From contig OY969811.1 of NCBI GenBank assembly GCA_963703315.1, positions 384,001 to 448,000 on the forward strand: 64,000 nucleotides of DNA, given 5' to 3'. A program made the translations under genes and the position numbers. The stretch is from an uncultured cyanobacterium. Lineage in GTDB: Bacteria > Cyanobacteriota > Cyanobacteriia > Pseudanabaenales > Pseudanabaenaceae. How positions within the stretch are numbered: the first letter of the stretch is position 1; each line of letters begins with the position of its first letter. This document shows positions 20,025 through 30,434 of the stretch, one piece after another. The notes under the pieces were generated by a model. That model made no database searches. It saw only the letters and a list, made by a program, of their open reading frames with translations, and was not told where the DNA came from.

Positions 20025-21521
20025 ATGAGAGTGAGTCGCGATCGCAAATCAGCTAGCAATCCTAATAAAAATCCTAATCGACCTAGTGAATACGTTACGC
20101 AACATCTTGATAAGCGTGATATTCGGGCAGGTAACCAGATCAATCAATGGAATATGGTCGAGGTTAACTGGCTGCGATCGCTGTTATTAGTTATGAGCGA
20201 TATTTTGGGATTAGGGATCGCTTGGAAAGTCTCACTTAATCTTAATCAAGTTTTTTCGCCTTTACCACCAGAACTTAATTGGGGAGAATTTTTAGGATTA
20301 ACAGGTTTATTTTGGGCTTTTGCGGCAGTATTGATCACCAATTTTGCTTATCACAGATTTTATCGAGGTGAATCGCAATGGCGGAACTATGTCAAGCAAG
20401 CTCAAGTAATTAGCAGTGTTTACCTGTCGTCTTTGGTGGTTTGTTATTTCTACGATCCTAAAGTTGATGCGCCGCGATCGCTATTTTTCCCAGCTTGGAT
20501 TGGTAGTGTCGTCATGATTATTGGTTTACGCTTGCTATTGACTCTGATATTCGATCAGTTTTTGCTCGCTAGAAACCACACACCCGTATTTATCATTGCT
20601 CCCAGCGATCGCCTCTCCTATCTTGCAAATATTATCGAAAAACGGACGGGATATATAGTTGTCGGTGTTCTTGCTTCCTCACTGGCTAATACTTCTCACT
20701 TAATGCAATCAATCATCAACTCTGGAGCAAAAGAAGTAATCGCTGAAGGGCTTCCCGAAACTCAACTTGCTTCGCAATTATATTGGCAACTGCGAAATGC
20801 GGGAATTGGTTTAAGGTTAGTGCCATCTAGTTTGATGCTGCTCCATCGGCGCGGGAATCCAGAGATTTTTGCATCAATGCCCATGATTCGGATTGAGTCA
20901 TCGCTACTGGCAAATTGGGAATATATATTTAAACGTTGCTTAGACTGGAGCACAGCGTTGATTGGATTGATTGTGCTAGCACCTGTATTTATCGCGATCG
21001 CGATCGCTATAAAAATCAGTTCTAAAGGTAGTATTTTTTATACCCAAGATCGCATTGGCTTACATGGACAATCTTTCCGTATGTGGAAGTTTCGGAGTAT
21101 GTTTATGGATGCAGAGCGTCGTCAGGCAGAACTCGAACATCTCAACAAAACTACGGATGGAGTCATGTTCAAAATCGAGCGCGATCCTCGGATTATTCCC
21201 ATCGGTAACTTTTTGCGCTGTACTAGTCTGGATGAACTTCCCCAATTATTCAATGTTTTGCTTGGTCAAATGAGTCTTGTCGGTCCTCGACCTTTGCCAA
21301 TTCGAGATGTGGCAAAATTTACTAATTGGCATCATACCCGTCATGTAGTGATGCCAGGAATTACGGGATTATGGCAAATTTCTGGGCGATCGGATTTAGA
21401 TACTATTGATGATGTTGCCAAATTAGATTTGTTTTACATAGATCGCTGGTCATTAAATTTTGATTTAGAAATTTTGATTGAAACTATACGACTGGTTGTC
21501 TTTGGAAAAGGAGCCTACTAA
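20025..21521 (+). CDS. Priming sugar transferase (WcaJ/WbaP-like polyprenyl glycosylphosphotransferase)
   Basis: KRCLD, F.MWKFRSM, DPRI..IG.FLR.TSLDELPQL.NVL.G.MSLVGPRP, PGITGLWQISGR. Confidence 0.93.
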   Translation: MRVSRDRKSASNPNKNPNRPSEYVTQHLDKRDIRAGNQINQWNMVEVNWLRSLLLVMSDILGLGIAWKVSLNLNQVFSPLPPELNWGEFLGLTGLFWAFAAVLITNFAYHRFYRGESQWRNYVKQAQVISSVYLSSLVVCYFYDPKVDAPRSLFFPAWIGSVVMIIGLRLLLTLIFDQFLLARNHTPVFIIAPSDRLSYLANIIEKRTGYIVVGVLASSLANTSHLMQSIINSGAKEVIAEGLPETQLASQLYWQLRNAGIGLRLVPSSLMLLHRRGNPEIFASMPMIRIESSLLANWEYIFKRCLDWSTALIGLIVLAPVFIAIAIAIKISSKGSIFYTQDRIGLHGQSFRMWKFRSMFMDAERRQAELEHLNKTTDGVMFKIERDPRIIPIGNFLRCTSLDELPQLFNVLLGQMSLVGPRPLPIRDVAKFTNWHHTRHVVMPGITGLWQISGRSDLDTIDDVAKLDLFYIDRWSLNFDLEILIETIRLVVFGKGAY

Positions 21522-21574
21522 ACCCAAAAAAGCTCTGCGGCGCTTTGCGCCGCAGAGCTTTTTTGGGTTTTATT

Positions 21575-22462
21575 TTATCTTCTTCTCGGACGACGAGCCG
21601 ATCGCTTAACTGGTGGTTCATCTTCGTAAGGCTTTTCGTAAGTATTTCCATAAGACTTAGGGCGATCGCCAAAATCATCACCATAATCATTTTTGTCCCA
21701 ATCATCAAAACCATCAACATCACCTTTATAAGCATTTCTGGGCGGATCTAAAGGCTCAGTGTATGGATCAGTGTAACTATCTTGATAAGAGCGATCAAAT
21801 TCACTTTCTTGATCAAAATTAAAGTCTTGAGGTGGACGGGACTTTGTACGGGGGCGGCGCTTAGGTTTGGGACGGGGGGCGCTATATTCATCTTCATATA
21901 AATCACGCTCTTGCCGACTTTGATAAATCTTGGTGGCTTGTTGTCCAGCCTGATTAAAAAGTTTGCCTAATTTTTCATCGATCGCAAAGCCTTTACGGGT
22001 TTGAATAGAAATAGTGCTACTAATGCGATCGTGGAAGGCTTGACGTTTTTCGTTATCGACGATCGCAAAGGCAGCATCGGCAACAAAGGGAATCCATGCA
22101 AAGACAATTAAGGTTGACGTGACGGTTTTAATCAGAAAAATGGAGCAGATAAAGACAAATATTTCCCGCTTCATAAATGCGCCGAGTCCAGCCGTTTTGC
22201 CATACTCTGCATCAATCACCCGAATGCTGATCAGCCATCTCCCAAAGCTCTGTCCCTGTGCGCGGGCGGCAATAAATACGCGAAAGACAAACCATGTCGA
22301 GATAAATATAAACAGATGCAGAGGATTAGCTGGGTCAATCGATAATATTGAGACGGTTAATTCGGAAATAAACCAACAACTTAAAAAGTCTACGATGAGC
22401 GCTCCGAGGCGTTGATTGACCGTAGCAAGGGGATAGCGGCTGTAAGCTGGCTCGAAGTCCAT
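21575..22462 (-). CDS. RDD-family membrane protein with acidic, low-complexity C-terminal tail
   Basis: A...QRLGALIVD, GQSFG.W...IRV, RQAFHDRI..T. Confidence 0.85.
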   Translation of the reverse strand: MDFEPAYSRYPLATVNQRLGALIVDFLSCWFISELTVSILSIDPANPLHLFIFISTWFVFRVFIAARAQGQSFGRWLISIRVIDAEYGKTAGLGAFMKREIFVFICSIFLIKTVTSTLIVFAWIPFVADAAFAIVDNEKRQAFHDRISSTISIQTRKGFAIDEKLGKLFNQAGQQATKIYQSRQERDLYEDEYSAPRPKPKRRPRTKSRPPQDFNFDQESEFDRSYQDSYTDPYTEPLDPPRNAYKGDVDGFDDWDKNDYGDDFGDRPKSYGNTYEKPYEDEPPVKRSARRPRRR

Positions 22463-22577
22463 TATGGTTGCTTGTGTGATTGCTTGATTCGTGATGAAGG
22501 CACAGAGTTATATTCTATACTGCGAAGTATGGAGGCAAATCAAGCGATCGCGCCTATCTACAAGGAGCAAAATCAAA

Positions 22578-23051
22578 ATGACAGAGGCTATAACTCGTAA
22601 ATCTCTCAATGCCTCTCTATATGAGTCAGACTTTTTGCTATGGACTGAAGAAACCGTAGCTAAGCTCAAGGCTAGAGATTTTGACCATGTGGACTTTGAA
22701 AATTTGATAGAGGAGATCGAATCATTGGGGCGTTCTGAAAAAAAGGAGGTTAGAAATCGGCTCAAAACTTTGCTAGAACATCTAATCAAGAGGATCTATA
22801 TTGATATGCCTCAAGAGTTCAATGGATGGGAACGCACTATTAGAGAGCAACGTGCTGAAATTAGGGTCGAACTCAAGGATATGCCAAGCCTAAAAAGGTT
22901 TTGGGATGAGTTATTTGATGTGGCTTGGGGACTTGCCTTGCTCAAAGTAAAGGATGAGTATGAGAAAAAAGGCGATCACATCCCTGAGCAATGGCAGTTT
23001 GACCGTGACATTGAGGCAATGTTGAGTGTTAAGTTTTGGGAAAATAAATAA
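22578..23051 (+). CDS. DUF29-family protein
   Basis: LYESDFLLW...D.ENLIEEIESLGRSEK...LL.HL.K...W..TIREQR. Confidence 0.88.
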   Translation: MTEAITRKSLNASLYESDFLLWTEETVAKLKARDFDHVDFENLIEEIESLGRSEKKEVRNRLKTLLEHLIKRIYIDMPQEFNGWERTIREQRAEIRVELKDMPSLKRFWDELFDVAWGLALLKVKDEYEKKGDHIPEQWQFDRDIEAMLSVKFWENK

Positions 23052-23158
23052 AACCTAAATCAGTTAGGTAGATTGGTATACAAACAAAGTAAAAATGTCT
23101 GCTTTAAGAATGTTGAATGTTTGTTTACATTAGCTCTGTTAATATACAGCTATGTTAT

Positions 23159-23959
23159 TTAAATATCTTCATAAATCAAAGGAGAGATATTATCCATTGA
23201 TAGTTGCATAAGATTCGTTAGGATTTTACCTTCAAACAGAATTGATCTCCCATAGCTAAGTATTTCTGATCTGTACTGCTTTTTATCGATGTTTACATCA
23301 TTTTCATTTTTGATCTTACTATTTCTTTTGTCAATTGAACGATTGATTGCATATATCCTCATAAAAGTATTTACAACTAACTGCTTAGGATGATTTGTTT
23401 TTGACTCTGAAAGAATCAATCCACCAGTTTTTTCTGATTCATTATTTATATACCTATGTCCAATATAGAAGTCATATTTCATCTTATCCCAAAAATCTGT
23501 TTTTAAAGGCATTAAGAGCTCCATAGGATTTGATGTTTGATAGTAATCTTGAAAATTTATCTCTTCTATCTTCAACAGGGATATATTCTCATTTAAAATT
23601 AACAAATTATGCATAAGCTCTTCCCATATAGAAAACATTATTGCTTTTTCCTTAGCTTCTTTTTCTTGCTTTTTTAATCTCGTAACAACATACTGACCAA
23701 GAATGAAAGTACATAGAGGTATCAAGGTTTTAATTATCTCTGAAGTCCCTTTTGCAAGTATATAAGAACCAAGTCTAGAAGCTATAAAAGGAGATGAAAT
23801 CAACAAAAAAGAATCTATAAAAACCCCTTTTTTGTCTATTTTTTTATAGTGATCAATAATGCTTTTAATCCAGCCTTGCTTATAAACTATCCATAATACT
23901 GAAGCTAATAAGCCTAAAAATGCAGGCATGATATTTTGATTAAAAATATAATGAATCAT
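23159..23959 (-). CDS. AT-rich hypothetical membrane protein
   Basis: 266-aa ORF with N-terminal hydrophobic segments; low GC and no HIP1 sites. Confidence 0.65.
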   Translation of the reverse strand: MIHYIFNQNIMPAFLGLLASVLWIVYKQGWIKSIIDHYKKIDKKGVFIDSFLLISSPFIASRLGSYILAKGTSEIIKTLIPLCTFILGQYVVTRLKKQEKEAKEKAIMFSIWEELMHNLLILNENISLLKIEEINFQDYYQTSNPMELLMPLKTDFWDKMKYDFYIGHRYINNESEKTGGLILSESKTNHPKQLVVNTFMRIYAINRSIDKRNSKIKNENDVNIDKKQYRSEILSYGRSILFEGKILTNLMQLSMDNISPLIYEDI

Positions 23960-24291
23960 AAATATATTAGGTGGTTATAAGGTTGCACTTGAATATTTTT
24001 TAAGTATTCAGGTTAAGTATGTAAAACCATGTGATCTGTATTTATAACTCTCAAAAGAGTTTTTGAAAGTTGACTATGAATATATATCAATAAGGTTTTT
24101 TTATAATATAAATTTGCTGTGGTTTATTAGGATCACAAAGTAATTGTAGTAAAAAACTATTTTTTAATAAGGCTGTGACTAGATTTAAAGTACCTGTAAT
24201 TTCTTGATTTTTATTGATCTCTATTTCTAAAGTAGTCATTTTTACTTTTCTTAACCTCAGTTTAGTTATAGCTTAACAAAGCTCAAATTCC

Positions 24292-25020
24292 ATGAATAAT
24301 CAGCAACAATTGGCGATCGCCATAGGCAACACCAGAATCAAGGCAGTTGTGTTTGGTAGCGATCGCCAAATTCTTGAGGAATATGCCTATACCCATGATC
24401 AATTACCGATTTTAGAAGCGCAGCTTGCGGATCGAGATTTTGCAGACATTGCGATCGCCTCAGTTGTGCCTGAGCTAATCACTATCTGGCATGATTTACC
24501 ACAAACGCAAATTTTGAAAACTAGCGATGTCCCTTTGCGAGACTTGTACGCAACGATGGGATGCGATCGCGCTTTAGCGGCTTTTGGGGCAGGGGAAATC
24601 TATGGCTATCCAGTTTTGGTGATTGATGCGGGGACAGCGATTACTTTAACGGGAATTGATGCGGATAAGGCTTTAGTTGGTGGGGCAATTGTGGCAGGAT
24701 TGCAATCGCAATTTGCTTGTTTGTATCAAAACACGGCAGCTTTACCCAATCTAGAAATTCCTGAGACTTTGCCAGAGCGATGGGGCAAGGATACAACTAG
24801 CTCGATTCAAGCAGGAATTACTCACATATTATTAGCGGGTTTGCAAGCTTATATAAATGATTGGCGATCGCAATTTGCCGATAGCAAGGTGATTATTACT
24901 GGAGGAGATGGAGAACATTTAGTGAAATGGGGACTACAAGTAGATATAATTGATAAGAATCTAATTTTTTGGGGATTATGGCATTGTCGTGAGTTTCAAT
25001 CCAAAGCTTTGTCGCAATGA
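24292..25020 (+). CDS. coaX: Type III pantothenate kinase
   Basis: IGNTRIK, ASVVP, Y.TMG.DR, VIDAGTAIT, GGAI..G, IITGGDG. Confidence 0.92.
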   Translation: MNNQQQLAIAIGNTRIKAVVFGSDRQILEEYAYTHDQLPILEAQLADRDFADIAIASVVPELITIWHDLPQTQILKTSDVPLRDLYATMGCDRALAAFGAGEIYGYPVLVIDAGTAITLTGIDADKALVGGAIVAGLQSQFACLYQNTAALPNLEIPETLPERWGKDTTSSIQAGITHILLAGLQAYINDWRSQFADSKVIITGGDGEHLVKWGLQVDIIDKNLIFWGLWHCREFQSKALSQ

Positions 25021-26416
25021 AAGCGAAGTCGAAAGTAAATTAATTGTCCAGTATCTTTTGCCTACGCTTGGTTATGATGCGAGTAAATGGCATCAGGAAG
25101 TTGCTTTAGGTAGTATTCGCTTAGATTTTTTAGCCCTGACTTCTCAGGTTTTTCCCAGCATTACCGATTCAGCGCCCAAGATTGGTGTGGTGATGGAAGC
25201 TAAGCATCCAAAGCACAATCTTAATTCCCATGTGCGGCGATTGAGTTATTATTTAACGCGCTTACGGGTTGTCTATGGTGTATTAACCAATGGTAAAGAT
25301 TTTCGGATTTATGAGCTTGTAGGCGATCGAGTCAAGCTAAATTTTCAATGTCAAGGTGCAGAAATTACCGACAAAATCGAAAAAATCAAGGATATTATTG
25401 GCAGAGACAAATTAGCTGGGATTAAATCTTCAACTGCTGAGGCTGTCGATAAATCTAGTCCACCACTTAGTTCGCTAGTTAATATTACATCGCCACAATC
25501 TCCACAAGTTTCTATTTCTATTCCCAATCCCAATCTCAATTCCAACATAAGAACTATGAAAACGATCGCAATCTATCACAACAAAGGCGGCGTTGGTAAA
25601 ACCACGACTACTATTAATCTCGCTGCCGCCATTAGTCGTAAAGGTTTGAAAGTTCTCATTATTGATCTCGACAGTCAGGCAAATACTACCTATGCCGCAG
25701 GGCTAATGAAGTTTGAGACTGAAGAAGAAGACACGCTCAAAGATAGCAATATTTACAATGTTGTCTTCTATCCCAAATCCAACTATATCCCTGAAATTGC
25801 CCTCAAGAGTACCTTTACTTATCCACCAGTGGATGTCATTCCCGCGCATATCAATCTGATTTGGCAAGAAGCAAGATTGGTTGATAAAGATAGTTCTAAA
25901 ACGCATCTAGTCAAGAAATTAGAAATGGTTAAAGATGACTATGATGTGGTGCTGATCGACACGCCACCATCGCTCAATCTCTATGCCAAAATCGCGCTAA
26001 TTGCCTGTGATTATTTGATCATTCCCTCTGACCTCAAACCCTTTGCTAATGAAGGTTTACGCAATGTCAAAAACTTTGTCGAAGAAATAGATGAGTTTCG
26101 CTCTTTTATCAATAAACCTGCGATCGAGGTTTTAGGCGTATTACCTTCTAAGATTTTGACTAATGCCAATTACATTAAGTCAACTCTACCCAAACAGGAG
26201 AAAGTAGTCGAAGAGCGCTATGGGTTTCCTGTACTCGAAACTAGAATTTTTCAGCGTGAAGATTTATCGCGGGCAATTGATAATTTCATATTTGAAGGCG
26301 ATCGCCAAATTCCTGATCCCAAATCTATTTTTGACTTTAAGCCCGACTCGATGTCTGCTGCTGAGTTTGAGGAATTAGCTAATGAAGTTCTTGAAAAAAT
26401 AGGATTAAGTGCATGA
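24989..26416 (+). CDS. HsdR-N-like (PD-(D/E)xK) domain fused to ParA/Soj ATPase
   Basis: N-terminal ESEVESKLI...LGY...RLDF...MEAK...GVLTNG..FR; then from 25556 KGGVGKTTT, IDLDSQAN, IDTPPSL. Confidence 0.85.
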   Translation: MSFNPKLCRNESEVESKLIVQYLLPTLGYDASKWHQEVALGSIRLDFLALTSQVFPSITDSAPKIGVVMEAKHPKHNLNSHVRRLSYYLTRLRVVYGVLTNGKDFRIYELVGDRVKLNFQCQGAEITDKIEKIKDIIGRDKLAGIKSSTAEAVDKSSPPLSSLVNITSPQSPQVSISIPNPNLNSNIRTMKTIAIYHNKGGVGKTTTTINLAAAISRKGLKVLIIDLDSQANTTYAAGLMKFETEEEDTLKDSNIYNVVFYPKSNYIPEIALKSTFTYPPVDVIPAHINLIWQEARLVDKDSSKTHLVKKLEMVKDDYDVVLIDTPPSLNLYAKIALIACDYLIIPSDLKPFANEGLRNVKNFVEEIDEFRSFINKPAIEVLGVLPSKILTNANYIKSTLPKQEKVVEERYGFPVLETRIFQREDLSRAIDNFIFEGDRQIPDPKSIFDFKPDSMSAAEFEELANEVLEKIGLSA

Positions 26417-27348
26417 GTCTATTAACTTCTTCCATTGATCTAGATACAATCACTCCACCAAGTGCAGTACCTAGTTCTCAATTTCCAGTACATCAAGTTG
26501 AGAACCTTGCTAATTTATTTTTAAAAGTTGGCGATACAGTTAGCCCAATCCTTTTACGCAAAGTTTCACCGATCGCTTTTGAAGTTTTAGAAGGTCATTT
26601 TGAATATTACGCAGCAATTAAAGCGCAGGAAATTGATGAGCAATTCACGGCGATTCGTGCATATATTGTGCCACCTGAATTAGAAACCACAATTTTGGAA
26701 CAGTATCAATTTTTGCGATCGCCTTCTGCATCAACACCTATTCCCAATCCTCCGCAAGTGACTAATGTATCTCCAGATTTAGATAAGATCGAAGAGGCGA
26801 TCGCTAATCGATTAGAGCAAAAATTAACTGCGGCGATCGAGAAAACCATTGAAGAACGTATCAGTGCGAGTTTGCAAGTAATTGTGGGGCAAGTTACCAA
26901 GCAACTAGATGCTCATTTAACCGATTTCCGTCAGTCTCTATCCCTTGTTCCCATTCACCAAATCCTTGAAGTTAAAAATCAACCTAATCAATCAATTCTA
27001 GAGGTAGTACCTGAAAAAGCTACTAAAACTGTTAAAACTCAAACGACTTCTAAAGCTGCACCTAAAGCCACAGCTAAACCTAAGACTGAGCGCGTCAAAA
27101 CTACAGCTAAAGATAAAAGTATTGATAATAATGATCCTAAAATCTCACAGGTGCTTAACGACTTTAATACCCTGAGTGTTGCGGATCTAGAGAGTAAATT
27201 GAAACAATCAGCGAAAGGGAATACCAAATTTGCCCGACCAATTCATGAGCAGCGATCGCAACAACTATTTACCTCGATTGATGATGTAGTGGCAAGAGTT
27301 GAGAAACTAGGTGAGGCAACGATCAAGAAGATCATCGCAGCTTGGTAG
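26413..27348 (+). CDS. ParB-N-like protein with coiled coil and C-terminal helix-hairpin-helix-like tail
   Basis: PILLR...FEVLEGHFEYYAA resembles a degenerate ParB box; F.SIDDVV.RV.KLGEAT..KI at the C-terminus; ATGA overlap with parA. Confidence 0.65.
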   Translation: MSLLTSSIDLDTITPPSAVPSSQFPVHQVENLANLFLKVGDTVSPILLRKVSPIAFEVLEGHFEYYAAIKAQEIDEQFTAIRAYIVPPELETTILEQYQFLRSPSASTPIPNPPQVTNVSPDLDKIEEAIANRLEQKLTAAIEKTIEERISASLQVIVGQVTKQLDAHLTDFRQSLSLVPIHQILEVKNQPNQSILEVVPEKATKTVKTQTTSKAAPKATAKPKTERVKTTAKDKSIDNNDPKISQVLNDFNTLSVADLESKLKQSAKGNTKFARPIHEQRSQQLFTSIDDVVARVEKLGEATIKKIIAAW

Positions 27349-27533
27349 CAGATTGAGGCTGATTAGATTTTTTGGCAATGAATATAGATATAGTTAGCTA
27401 TATTCACACAATCGATTGTCCTAAAAAAATAACTAGTCTATGAGTATTTTTACTTATCGATATGGACAAATTTGTGTAAAATTATTAAGACTTTGTAAAA
27501 AAGCAACTTTATATACTAAAAACTTAAAATCTT

Positions 27534-28736
27534 ATGGCAAAAAAGAATCTCGCAAGCTTGACCTCTGCTGACTTAGCAGGCAAGAAAGTATTAGTCAGAG
27601 TCGATTTCAACGTTCCTCAAGACGAAACTGGCAAAATTACCGACGATACCCGTATTCGTGCCGCATTACCAACCATTAATTACCTCAGTGATGCAGGCGC
27701 TCGCGTCATCCTCACCAGTCACTTTGGCAGACCCAAAGGCGTAACCGAAAGTCTCCGTCTCAATCCTGTTGCAGTACGTTTATCTGAATTGCTTGGTAAG
27801 CCTGTAGTTAAGACCGATGATTGTATTGGTGATGCTGTTGCTGCACAAGTCAATGCGCTTAACAATGGCGATGTCGCTTTGCTAGAAAACGTGCGTTTCT
27901 ATCCTGAAGAAGAAAAGAACGATCCTGAATTTGCGAAGAAATTGGCTTCCTTGGCTGATATCTATGTAAATGATGCATTTGGTACTGCTCACCGCGCCCA
28001 TGCTTCGACTGAAGGCGTAACCAAGTACATCAGCACCTCCGTGGCAGGTTTCTTGCTCGACAAAGAATTGCAATACCTCAGTGGTGCGATCGACAATCCG
28101 CAGCGTCCTCTCGCGGCGATCGTTGGTGGTTCTAAGGTTTCCAGCAAGATCGGTGTCATCGAAACCCTGCTTGATAAGGTTGATGTATTGCTGATCGGCG
28201 GCGGGATGATCTTCACTTTCTACAAGGCGCGTGGCTTAAGTGTTGGTAAGTCCCTCGTGGAAGAAGACAAGTTGGAATTGGCTCGTGCTTTGGAAGTGAA
28301 GGCTAAAGAACGTGGCGTAAAGTTGTTACTACCTACCGATGTAGTGGTTGCGGATAACTTCAAACCTGATGCTAATGCTCAAACTGTCAGCATTGAAAAT
28401 ATTCCTGATGGTTGGATGGGCTTGGATATTGGTCCTGACTCCGTGAAGGTATTCCAAGATGCGCTTGCTGATTGCAAGTCCGTAATCTGGAATGGTCCTA
28501 TGGGTGTATTTGAATTTGATAAGTTTGCCGTTGGTACTGAGGCGATCGCCCATACCCTCGCTGGCTTGACCGAAAAAGGCACAATCACGATCATCGGCGG
28601 TGGTGACTCCGTAGCTGCCGTTGAGAAGGTTGGCGTTGCTGAAAAGATGAGCCACATCTCCACTGGTGGTGGTGCAAGCTTAGAATTGCTCGAAGGCAAA
28701 ATCCTCCCCGGTATTGCCGCTTTGAATGAAGCATAA
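27534..28736 (+). CDS. pgk: Phosphoglycerate kinase
   Basis: [52 protein letters not shown]. Confidence 0.99.
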   Translation: MAKKNLASLTSADLAGKKVLVRVDFNVPQDETGKITDDTRIRAALPTINYLSDAGARVILTSHFGRPKGVTESLRLNPVAVRLSELLGKPVVKTDDCIGDAVAAQVNALNNGDVALLENVRFYPEEEKNDPEFAKKLASLADIYVNDAFGTAHRAHASTEGVTKYISTSVAGFLLDKELQYLSGAIDNPQRPLAAIVGGSKVSSKIGVIETLLDKVDVLLIGGGMIFTFYKARGLSVGKSLVEEDKLELARALEVKAKERGVKLLLPTDVVVADNFKPDANAQTVSIENIPDGWMGLDIGPDSVKVFQDALADCKSVIWNGPMGVFEFDKFAVGTEAIAHTLAGLTEKGTITIIGGGDSVAAVEKVGVAEKMSHISTGGGASLELLEGKILPGIAALNEA

Positions 28737-28739
28737 GAA

Positions 28740-28771
28740 ATAAAAAGGGTCGCTAAGCGACCCTTTTTATT
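28740..28771. terminator. Bidirectional terminator hairpin
   Basis: ataaaaagggtcgc-taa-gcgaccctttttat between convergent genes. Confidence 0.7.
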
Positions 28772-29225
28772 TAACCCAAAAATCAACATTTAACATTGAG
28801 TCAATATCTCGCTCAAACTGCCATGTATCAGGAAATTGATAGCCTTTTCTGGCGTACTCGCCCCTAACATCCTTTAAGGCATATTTCCAAGCGGAATCAA
28901 AAAACTCATCCCAAAATCTTTTAAGACTAGGCATATCATCAAGCTCAACCTCAATGTCAGTCCGTTGGGTTCTGATCGTATTTTCCCATCCCTCAAAGCA
29001 GTCAGGCATATTGACATACATTCGTTTGAGTAGATGGGTAAGTAACACCCGCAAGCGATTTCTGACTTCCTTTTTCTGAGATATGCCCAAGCTCTCGATC
29101 TCCTCTATCAAGTTTTCAAGATCCACATGATCAAAATCCTTAGCCTTGAGTTTGGCTATGGTGTCTTGAGTCCATAGGAAAAAATCGGACTCATATAGAG
29201 ATTTACGAGCAATAGCCTGTGTCAT
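28767..29225 (-). CDS. DUF29-family protein (close paralog of 22578)
   Basis: LYESDFFLW...ENLIEEIESLG...DMPSLKRFWDE. Confidence 0.88.
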   Translation of the reverse strand: MTQAIARKSLYESDFFLWTQDTIAKLKAKDFDHVDLENLIEEIESLGISQKKEVRNRLRVLLTHLLKRMYVNMPDCFEGWENTIRTQRTDIEVELDDMPSLKRFWDEFFDSAWKYALKDVRGEYARKGYQFPDTWQFERDIDSMLNVDFWVK

Positions 29226-29422
29226 TTTTATCTCCTAATGATGCCTACAGCACTTTGCGCTTAAACCAAAACTAAAAATGGCGTAGCCATTTTTAGTTTT
29301 AAAAACCCTTACTGGGTTTAATACCAATTCACAAAAGTGTGACAACACTTTTGTGAATTGGTATTAAACCTATAATCAATAAATCATTGGTGGTTCGGCT
29401 TTGCCGAACCACCAATGATTTA

Positions 29423-30241
29423 TTAACGGAAATTATCAGGATTAAGTCTTCTACCGCCGCCAGTGAAACCACTATTGCTCAAGCTAGCACCAGTACCACC
29501 ATCACTAGGATCAAGGAATGGCTTTAAGTAAAGGTTGCCACCACGCATATTAGAAGGTGTAGTAGCTGTAGAACGACTTGGTGATAACACGGAGTTAAGC
29601 ACACCATTGATACCTGAGAGATCAATGCCTAAACCGAGATCACTACTGATGTTACCTAAAGTGCGATCGCGTCCGCGATAGGTACTCACTGCCGTAGTTG
29701 TTTGACCACTATCAGCAGTCGCGAGATTTCCAAAGACCTTATCGCGAGTGGCGATCGGATCTTGCCCATTAGGAACCGTTAGCACAATTCGACAAGTAGA
29801 GTTTTTGTCAGTCGTTGCACAAATAACGTTGTAGCCATTTTCAGTACTGGTTCGCATTTCTACTAAACCATCAGGACGATAGGACTCTAAGCGACGGCTG
29901 ATTTCATTACAACGGCGTTCAGGTGACCAACCATCACCCATCGTACTAGGAGCAGCCCAAGGGAAATATTTCTGAGGTTGGCTCTTAGGTTGATAGACGA
30001 CGATGTATTGACCTTCACGCACCTGACAGCTAAAGCGAGCTGTTTTATTGTCCGTAGGGTTTGCCGCTTTATCGTTGGGATTTTCAGAAGGAAGTGTTGA
30101 AGGATTGGACGTAGGGTTTGTTTCAACAGGGATGACCTGAGCAATGCTGGGCATTGCTACTAGAGGTAGAGTAAGGGCGATCGCTACCGACAAGTAGCCA
30201 ATACGTCGAAATTTGGATAATCGATCAGGTTGGTAATTCAT
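29423..30241 (-). CDS. COP23-domain secreted protein
   Basis: Signal peptide; RFSC...GWSPERRCNEISRRLE...NGYNVIC...C....T. Confidence 0.82.
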   Translation of the reverse strand: MNYQPDRLSKFRRIGYLSVAIALTLPLVAMPSIAQVIPVETNPTSNPSTLPSENPNDKAANPTDNKTARFSCQVREGQYIVVYQPKSQPQKYFPWAAPSTMGDGWSPERRCNEISRRLESYRPDGLVEMRTSTENGYNVICATTDKNSTCRIVLTVPNGQDPIATRDKVFGNLATADSGQTTTAVSTYRGRDRTLGNISSDLGLGIDLSGINGVLNSVLSPSRSTATTPSNMRGGNLYLKPFLDPSDGGTGASLSNSGFTGGGRRLNPDNFR

Positions 30242-30434
30242 AGAATTGGTGGGTGTGTAAGGAGTTGTGAAGGCAATGAATCAGAAATCCCCCCTAAATA
30301 TTTTGGTTGATCTTGAGATCTGTTACAGCATTGTGTCCACAAAAGATTTTATGGACAGACTATTGTTTGACCTACGATGTAGCTAACCACATCTTAATGA
30401 CATTAGTTTTAACCAAGATGTTCCCAAAATATTT

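Noticed and set aside
27882..28789. Antisense ORFs over pgk (also over ppsA, cobA-hemD, hemH and others)
   Set aside because: Shadow frames of strongly supported genes.
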